A stretch of DNA of 64,000 bases, from positions 32,001-96,000 of IMG/VR virus record IMGVR_UViG_3300033076_001145. The stretch is one strand, 5' to 3'. This document shows positions 58,154-64,000 of the stretch, in pieces. The stretch comes from a virus. Its lineage: Duplodnaviria > Caudoviricetes. Position numbers and translations under genes: made by a program. Each line of letters opens with the position of its first letter. Positions within the stretch are counted from its first letter, which is position 1. Under the pieces are notes generated by a model. That model saw nothing but the letters and a program-made list of their open reading frames with translations. It was not told the origin of the DNA and ran no database searches.

Positions 58154-58600
58154 TTATTTTCTCTTAGTCTTTCTTCTAACGATTGACTCTTCCATATAAT
58201 CTTTATAATGTCCATCAACATCACCGATTTTTTTACCATCTCTTCTTTTGTAATCGTCTTTGTTTCCTCCCCATTCTTCTTCCATCTCACCTTCCATTTC
58301 GTTACCACCTTTTGGTTGATTTTTCTCAACGAAATCTAAAATTTTCTGAGCTTTCTTTTCCTTACCTTGAGCCATTAATTCTTCGGCCATTGATTTTAAA
58401 TAATCATACCCTGCAATACCTAATAAACCAATCACTGTGCCAATGATAGTATAGATAGCGTCAGCTGTTTCCATTGCTTCAGGATTTACGAAATTTTCCA
58501 TTTCATTAATTCTTCCGCTTTTTGTATTTTTTGATTCTTTAACTACTTTTTTAATTATGTTAGTTAATTCACTTTCTGTTAATCTTACAACTTTTTTCAT
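58154..58600 (-). CDS. leader-bearing protein with one TM helix
   Basis: MKKVVRLTESELTNIIKKVVKES; AIYTIIGTVIGLLGIAGY. Confidence 0.72.
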   Translation of the reverse strand: MKKVVRLTESELTNIIKKVVKESKNTKSGRINEMENFVNPEAMETADAIYTIIGTVIGLLGIAGYDYLKSMAEELMAQGKEKKAQKILDFVEKNQPKGGNEMEGEMEEEWGGNKDDYKRRDGKKIGDVDGHYKDYMEESIVRRKTKRK

Positions 58601-58688
58601 TTTGAATTCTTTTATTATAAATACAACATTAGTCTAAAAAAAATTGACATATTAATTACTTTTTTTTACATTTTAAAAAAATAAGAAT

Positions 58689-59114
58689 ATGAATACAATT
58701 AAGAACGGAGATACTGTGTCCGTTAATTACACAGGGAAATTGGAAGATGGTTCAATATTTGACACATCATTACAAGAAGGTCGTGAGCCATTGACCGCAA
58801 CCTTAGGTCAAAATCAATTAATTCCTGGTTTTGAAAACGGACTCATTGGTATGTCTGTTGGTGAAACTAAAACAGTTGAAATTGAGCCAGAAAACGCTTA
58901 TGGGCAACATAATCCAATGCTAACACAAGAAATTGGTAAAGAACAAGTTCCTGCAGATGTTAAAGTTGGTGATATGTTACAAGGTATGTCTCAAAATGGC
59001 CCTATTAACGTTAAAATTGCCGAGGTAAAAGAATCAACAGTAGTTATTGATATGAACCACCCACTTGCAGGTCAAAAACTTATTTTTGATTTGGAAGTCA
59101 TTTCAATTAACTAA
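58689..59114 (+). CDS. FKBP-type peptidyl-prolyl isomerase (SlyD/SlpA-like)
   Basis: YTGKLEDG.IFDTS, LIPGFE..L, PENAYG, DMNHPLAG..L.FD. Confidence 0.93.
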   Translation: MNTIKNGDTVSVNYTGKLEDGSIFDTSLQEGREPLTATLGQNQLIPGFENGLIGMSVGETKTVEIEPENAYGQHNPMLTQEIGKEQVPADVKVGDMLQGMSQNGPINVKIAEVKESTVVIDMNHPLAGQKLIFDLEVISIN

Positions 59115-59117
59115 AAT

Positions 59118-59147
59118 AAAAAACCCCTCAAATAGAGGGGTTTTTTT
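59118..59147. terminator. bidirectional terminator
   Basis: A6-CCCCTC-aaata-GAGGGG-T7. Confidence 0.8.
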
Positions 59148-59152
59148 ATGTC

Positions 59153-59704
59153 TTACTGAACCATGGTTTGATATTTCCTACCACATATGAATAAATTATT
59201 CTTAAACCATTTTGCAATATCATTTGAATAATACTCATCCCCAACATCGGTTTGTCTCATTTTTGAAACTTTTTCACTTCCTTTAACTGTTGTATTGGTT
59301 ACACTGTCTTCAATCCCTGCGTAATCAGGATTTATTTTTGGTTTGTTTAATAATTTAAAAGTATTTGCCTGACAATCAAATTCAAACATTATTTCTCCAA
59401 GATATTTTGGGTTATCAGTCCCTTCCTCTAATGTTCCTGAGATTCTTACAGTTTGTAATCCTTTAGATGTGATGACTTCAACTTTTTTTAAATGAACATC
59501 CAAATTTTGTTCTCTGTTAAACATTCTTTTCTTCTCAATGAAACCATATTTAGGGTTTGTTTTTAATAACGAATTAATTCTATCAGTTCTTAACGTAGTT
59601 AATTGGTCCGCTTGTTCAGAAACCAATGATTGTTTCACTGCCGTTCTATGCATTTCGAGGATTCTATTTTTCTCGTTCTCTTCAACTAAAAATATTTTTT
59701 TCAT
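59153..59704 (-). CDS. leader-bearing protein; paralog of the C-terminal domain of 59726-60925
   Basis: MKKIFLVEENEKNRILEMH..LVSEQ. Confidence 0.72.
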   Translation of the reverse strand: MKKIFLVEENEKNRILEMHRTAVKQSLVSEQADQLTTLRTDRINSLLKTNPKYGFIEKKRMFNREQNLDVHLKKVEVITSKGLQTVRISGTLEEGTDNPKYLGEIMFEFDCQANTFKLLNKPKINPDYAGIEDSVTNTTVKGSEKVSKMRQTDVGDEYYSNDIAKWFKNNLFICGRKYQTMVQ

Positions 59705-59725
59705 TTTTTCTTTTATTGATAAATA

Positions 59726-60925
59726 TTATTGAGTTTTATTTAAACCACACAATTTTAAATTTGTTTTTAATAGTTTGTAAAAATCAGTATTTGCATATTC
59801 CCCAAATCTTTTTCCTAATGGTAATGATTTTTGGTCAACCACACCCGCATCAGTAACTAATTCGTTAGGATAATCCAAAAGTTCAAAATACCCAAATTCA
59901 TCGCATTTTAAAATTATTGCAACTTTATCTTTGTAATTAGTAAAATCTCCAATAACAACGCAACTATCTAACCCTTCATCCTTAGTGATTATTATGTTTT
60001 CAATTTTAACCTGAATATATTTTTGGGTATTATTTTTTTTCCTAAATGTTAATAATCTTTCAGTTTTTAATAGGTCCTCAATAATCTTATCCCTCCATCC
60101 TTTTTCTTTAGGTTTAGGGGGTTCAGGTTTATCTAATAATATTTTCATGGAGTTTATTCCACTAATTTGAACAGTTTTAGGATTATATCCTTCCTTTTTG
60201 ATTGTTATTGTAATTGGAAATTTGAAGTCGTTATTTTTGAAGGTGTCATTATTAATTATAATTTCTTCTCCATTATAATCGGCAACCACATTATTTATTT
60301 GTTGGTCTGTTACTTTATCATAAACTAAAATATTCAACGGTTTTAAATTAAATGAATATTCGATTGGGTCCCCATTGAAATCTATAAATTCAATTTCATA
60401 ACCTCTCTTCAAAATTTTTATTTCAGAATTTTTTTTGATTCCTGATTTTTTAAATTTTCCGTTTTCATCTGTCTCACCTATAATCTCTTTACCGTCGTTA
60501 CCTGTGTATATAATTTTTACTTTTGGTAATGGAGAACCCTTTTCATCATTAACCACTAAATTAATATCGTTTTGTTCCTGTATATCTAATGTTTTTAATT
60601 CGTCAGAAGTTAAAGTAATATTGTAATTTGTTTCAGTTGGACTTAATTCTTGTTGGTAGTTTTTATATCCGACAAATCCAACTCCAAATTTTGAACTTTG
60701 TGGTGTTGTGGTAATTGTTGCTTGTCCTTCACTATTTGTTGATGTTCCGTCAATCGCCTTTCCTTCTGAATTATAAATTATAACACTTGCACCGGGTATA
60801 GTCTCTCCATTATCTGATTTAACAGTAAATGTTACACTTTTATTGGATTGTTCATTCAACAAATTCTGATACAAATTCAGAATCTCTTGTCTTTCATTCT
60901 CAGTTATTAAAAATTTTTTAGACAT
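59726..60925 (-). CDS. leader + carboxypeptidase-regulatory-like (SusC N-terminal-like) repeats + C-terminal domain
   Basis: MSKKFLITENERQEILNLY..LLNEQ; GETIPGASV...GT.T..EG...FVGY; ETDENGKF...GYE. Confidence 0.72.
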   Translation of the reverse strand: MSKKFLITENERQEILNLYQNLLNEQSNKSVTFTVKSDNGETIPGASVIIYNSEGKAIDGTSTNSEGQATITTTPQSSKFGVGFVGYKNYQQELSPTETNYNITLTSDELKTLDIQEQNDINLVVNDEKGSPLPKVKIIYTGNDGKEIIGETDENGKFKKSGIKKNSEIKILKRGYEIEFIDFNGDPIEYSFNLKPLNILVYDKVTDQQINNVVADYNGEEIIINNDTFKNNDFKFPITITIKKEGYNPKTVQISGINSMKILLDKPEPPKPKEKGWRDKIIEDLLKTERLLTFRKKNNTQKYIQVKIENIIITKDEGLDSCVVIGDFTNYKDKVAIILKCDEFGYFELLDYPNELVTDAGVVDQKSLPLGKRFGEYANTDFYKLLKTNLKLCGLNKTQ

Positions 60926-60963
60926 ATATCTTATAAATACATATTTTATTGTAAATTTGTAGT

Positions 60964-61470
60964 ATGAATATTTTCTTTTTGGATTGGGATACTGAAAAAT
61001 GTGCGAAATATCATTGTGATAAACACGTGGTTAAGATGATATTGGAAACCGCTCAATTGTTATGTGGTGTCCATCATATGACCCCCCAAGTTACCCACCA
61101 AGTAACCCCCCAAGCGCCCTACAAGTTATCCCACAAGAATCATCCTTGTGCGATTTGGACACGTGAGTCACTGTCTAACTATTTGTATTTATGTGACCTT
61201 GGGTTGGAGTTGTGTAAGGAATACACTTACAGATACGGAAAAAGACATAAATCACAAGATGTGATTGAATGGTGTTTAAGTAATCGACCAAATATTCATG
61301 ATGTTGATTTCACCACCCCACCATTGGCGATGGGAGATGAGTTCAAAATTGGTGATGATGTTATTGAGTCTTACCGAAATTATTATCGAGAAGCCAAATC
61401 AGGGTTTGCTGTGTGGAAAAATAGGGAGGTTCCAAATTGGTTTATAACATCCCCTGAATTTCATTCATAA
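60964..61470 (+). CDS. pyrimidine-dimer DNA glycosylase (DenV/Pyr_excise)-like family protein
   Basis: MNIFFLD, HCDKHVVKMILE.AQLL, H.NHPC.IW, EYTYRYGK.H, YRNYY. Confidence 0.7.
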   Translation: MNIFFLDWDTEKCAKYHCDKHVVKMILETAQLLCGVHHMTPQVTHQVTPQAPYKLSHKNHPCAIWTRESLSNYLYLCDLGLELCKEYTYRYGKRHKSQDVIEWCLSNRPNIHDVDFTTPPLAMGDEFKIGDDVIESYRNYYREAKSGFAVWKNREVPNWFITSPEFHS

Positions 61471-61624
61471 TCACCATTAGTTGAGTGTTTAGTTTTGAAA
61501 TTCTTTGTTGTTGAGTTTCGTTTAAATCAATACTCTCACCTTTAATCGATTGGATTTGATTTGAGATTTTTGTATGTTCCCCTAACAGATAGTTATACCT
61601 TTGAGCCTTTTGTTCATTATTCAT
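61442..61624 (-). CDS. small coiled-coil hypothetical protein
   Basis: 60-aa ORF. Confidence 0.55.
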   Translation of the reverse strand: MNNEQKAQRYNYLLGEHTKISNQIQSIKGESIDLNETQQQRISKLNTQLMVIMNEIQGML

Positions 61625-61653
61625 GATACTATAATAATAAATTAATCTAAAAA

Positions 61654-61770
61654 TTAAATTTCTTTTTTAATTTCTTTCAACACTTCAAAGTTTTTTTGAA
61701 TCTGTTTCATTCTCTTTGCGAAATTTGCTCTGTTTCTTGTTTTGTTTTTTGGTTTTCTTGCCTTTGACAT
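61654..61770 (-). CDS. 38-aa basic peptide (not in the ORF track)
   Basis: MSKARKPKNKTRNRANFAKRMKQIQKNFEVLKEIKKEI*; TATTTAT upstream. Confidence 0.55.
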   Translation of the reverse strand: MSKARKPKNKTRNRANFAKRMKQIQKNFEVLKEIKKEI

Positions 61771-61808
61771 AATTTTCTTTTTTCGATAAATAGTGTTATA
61801 TTTGTATT

Positions 61809-62336
61809 ATGAAAGATTTGACTTTTAAAAAGAAAGGTATTACTCACTCACCATTACAGTTTTGGGAGATTGATAAAAAATATAAAATTGCAATTTATCA
61901 GGGAGGTAGAGGTGCTCGTCCTGATTTAGATTTTATTGTAAAATATAAAGAAGAAGGTAAAAGACTAAGAACTCCATCACACACTCATTGGATTGTTGAT
62001 TTAATTGCAAAAGCCCAATACGACAAAGGTAGAGTAAAGTCATATGTTGAGGATATGATTAAAGTTTATGATGAGTGTGAGCCATTTAAAAATGAGGAAG
62101 ATAGAAATTCATATAAATTACAATGTCCTACAAAGATGTGGGCTAACCACATTATGCTAGAGGATGTAGGTTATTATCCATTACAGGTTCTAACTGCCTT
62201 TATTGAACTATTCTCCAAATGTGAAAAACAAACTCCTGGTGCGTTTATGTTCAGAAATTTACTTGTGTTGGTAAAAGAATACTGTGAGGGTAAGAAAGAT
62301 TTTTATCAAATTGTAGGATACTCTAAAAGAGTTTAA
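61809..62336 (+). CDS. hypothetical protein
   Basis: TATATTTG 4 nt before the ATG; RLRTPSHTHWIVDL. Confidence 0.7.
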   Translation: MKDLTFKKKGITHSPLQFWEIDKKYKIAIYQGGRGARPDLDFIVKYKEEGKRLRTPSHTHWIVDLIAKAQYDKGRVKSYVEDMIKVYDECEPFKNEEDRNSYKLQCPTKMWANHIMLEDVGYYPLQVLTAFIELFSKCEKQTPGAFMFRNLLVLVKEYCEGKKDFYQIVGYSKRV

Positions 62337-62656
62337 TTATCAAAATTTTTGCGTTCATCATACCATCCTCTTGTTTTCTCATAATGTTCGACTGTTGAGT
62401 GACTTGAGATAACTCTTCCTGAAAAATTAAATGTTCTATTTACAGTCCTAACAAGTTCTCTACCCCAAGAGTGTAGGTTGTCAGATTCATCTTTAGAGAA
62501 TGGTTTTTTAAATAATATAGTTATGCGACACATAATACCATATTGACTTTCATACACATCAACAGCAGCACCTGCGTAATTATCACTCAAAGGATAATCA
62601 TCAAGATAAACTTCCACGAAGTTTTTTATTACCAATTCTAATTCTGTGGGTTCCAT
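62333..62656 (-). CDS. hypothetical protein
   Basis: ORF preceded by both motifs (TATATTTG-TATTTAT). Confidence 0.65.
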   Translation of the reverse strand: MEPTELELVIKNFVEVYLDDYPLSDNYAGAAVDVYESQYGIMCRITILFKKPFSKDESDNLHSWGRELVRTVNRTFNFSGRVISSHSTVEHYEKTRGWYDERKNFDN

Positions 62657-62666
62657 TTAATATAAA

Positions 62667-62710
62667 TACAAATATAAACAAAAAACCCCTCTTTATGTGT
62701 GAGGGGTTTT
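62667..62710 (-). promoter_or_regulatory. terminator fused to a TAnnTTTG promoter
   Basis: AAAACCCCTC...GAGGGGTTTT hairpin; 25-bp near-copy of 58095-58119. Confidence 0.65.
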
Positions 62711-62730
62711 CAAAAATGAATTTAAACTTA

Positions 62731-62880
62731 TTATTCGTTCTCAGACAATGGTTTAGCGTCTCCAAGTTTGGTATTAACAAGTTTATTAAAATTTTCAATC
62801 ATTATTTTTTTTCCTCCAGTGTGTTGTTCACGGATTCTATTTTTTTCTTCCTCAGAAAGGTCGTTCAATAAGTGTTTCAT
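62731..62880 (-). CDS. 49-aa leader-only gene (not in the ORF track)
   Basis: MKHLLNDLSEEEKNRIREQHTGGKKIMIENFNKLVNTKLGDAKPLSENE*; TATTTAT upstream, terminator downstream. Confidence 0.7.
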   Translation of the reverse strand: MKHLLNDLSEEEKNRIREQHTGGKKIMIENFNKLVNTKLGDAKPLSENE

Positions 62881-62921
62881 AGTATTTTTACTTTCTATAT
62901 AAATATATAGAAAAACAGAAA

Positions 62922-63422
62922 TTACTCCCCATCTTCATACTTATACTTTAGAAGAACAGGTGGAGTAAAACTCATATCATACTCCTCAAGTTGTTTTTTA
63001 TACTCATCAATTCTTTCACGAGAATAAATAGGGGCAAAAAGTGGTTGTCTATTAAACGGAACATTGTCTCGGTTTTCCCACTCCTCAAGTTCCTTTTCCA
63101 TTTCAGGAATACTATTTGTCAAATAATTCCATTCTTTCCAAGAATTATAATCATCTTCTGACTTGATGTAAAACACATTTCCATAGTTATACATATTCAA
63201 ATCAGGGTTGGTGGTATAAACATCCACAATTCCTTCTTCACCATCATAACGAATACATAATTCATTAACGGAATATGAATTTTCATGACGCTCAGTCCAA
63301 TTCCTACCATAAGAACGAACTTTACATATATACAAAAATCCATCAGGTGTGGAACGAAGGTAACTTTCAATCTCGTTTTTCAATTTTACGAGTTCGTCAA
63401 AGGTGTAGTCAGATAAATTCAT
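62922..63422 (-). CDS. hypothetical protein
   Basis: Start reassigned to the ATG 4 nt after TATATTTG. Confidence 0.7.
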   Translation of the reverse strand: MNLSDYTFDELVKLKNEIESYLRSTPDGFLYICKVRSYGRNWTERHENSYSVNELCIRYDGEEGIVDVYTTNPDLNMYNYGNVFYIKSEDDYNSWKEWNYLTNSIPEMEKELEEWENRDNVPFNRQPLFAPIYSRERIDEYKKQLEEYDMSFTPPVLLKYKYEDGE

Positions 63423-63438
63423 AGGGCAAATATATAAC

Positions 63439-63473
63439 AAAAATCCCCATCAATCAAATGACAGGGATTTTTT
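63439..63473. terminator. terminator adjacent to a TAnnTTTG promoter
   Basis: AAAAATCCC...GGGATTTTTT. Confidence 0.55.
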
Positions 63474-63474
63474 A

Positions 63475-63675
63475 TTAGTTAATTCCTTCGTTGAATTTTT
63501 CTTCAATTTCTTTTAGTTCTTCTTCGGTAAAATCATCATCGTGTTCAATTTCTTCAACCCAAGTGTTATGTCCATCATAACGAGCAACAATAGTAAATTC
63601 TCTACCGTCTTCAGTTGTCCCGTCATAACTTTTAAGACAGAACATCAATATTTCATTTTCAAAATCAATATTCAT
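63475..63675 (-). CDS. small acidic hypothetical protein
   Basis: 66-aa ORF. Confidence 0.6.
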   Translation of the reverse strand: MNIDFENEILMFCLKSYDGTTEDGREFTIVARYDGHNTWVEEIEHDDDFTEEELKEIEEKFNEGIN

Positions 63676-63677
63676 AA

Positions 63678-63956
63678 TTATTCAAAATTACATTCAAATT
63701 CATTGTTTGTAATTTTTTCTCGTATGATTTCAGCTTGATTACACTCTTCCCAAAGAGATTCATACCACTCTTCGTTGGTTGATTTCATATCACTCCAATT
63801 TTCTGAAATGTATTCTTGCATTTCTTCTTCGGTCATTCCGTTAAGTTCAGGATAATCTTCCACATTAATCTCAACGGGTTCTTTAACGAGCATTGTGTTG
63901 TAATACTCAACCATTCTCACGGAAATGGTTTTTGGTGTTTCTGTATTTTCTGGCAT
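63678..63956 (-). CDS. small acidic hypothetical protein
   Basis: 92-aa ORF. Confidence 0.65.
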   Translation of the reverse strand: MPENTETPKTISVRMVEYYNTMLVKEPVEINVEDYPELNGMTEEEMQEYISENWSDMKSTNEEWYESLWEECNQAEIIREKITNNEFECNFE

Positions 63957-64000
63957 AATATTATTTTTTATAAGTGTAAAAAACGGAAATTAATATGTCA

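Overview
AT-rich segment of a large T4-like (jumbo) tailed phage genome, read in the standard genetic code. The host is probably a Bacteroidetes species, based on repeated TAnnTTTG promoter motifs and DUF4494/DUF4254-like and SusC-N-like domains. The window contains, in order: (1) a nucleotide-sugar/glycosyltransferase cluster with PhoH and a gp55-like late sigma factor; (2) probable baseplate and structural genes; (3) the head module (major capsid, scaffold, prohead protease, portal, large terminase); (4) a proteostasis/translation locus with an NTase, KTSC, an N-domain-less ClpC, a peptidase, a tmRNA interrupted by a group I intron, a DnaJ-like Zn finger and tRNA-Arg(UCU); (5) a long accessory region. 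The strongest candidate for an undescribed system is a set of about 20 unrelated proteins that begin with short amphipathic leaders ending in [ILV]-x-E, the signature seen in the capsid and scaffold. Most lie just downstream of a TATTTAT motif. This suggests a modular capsid-loading and protease-release system whose cargoes include a PPK2-lysozyme fusion, an OmpA-like domain, basic Cys-rich modules and a cargo-less leader gene. All family assignments come from motif recognition by eye; no searches were run.
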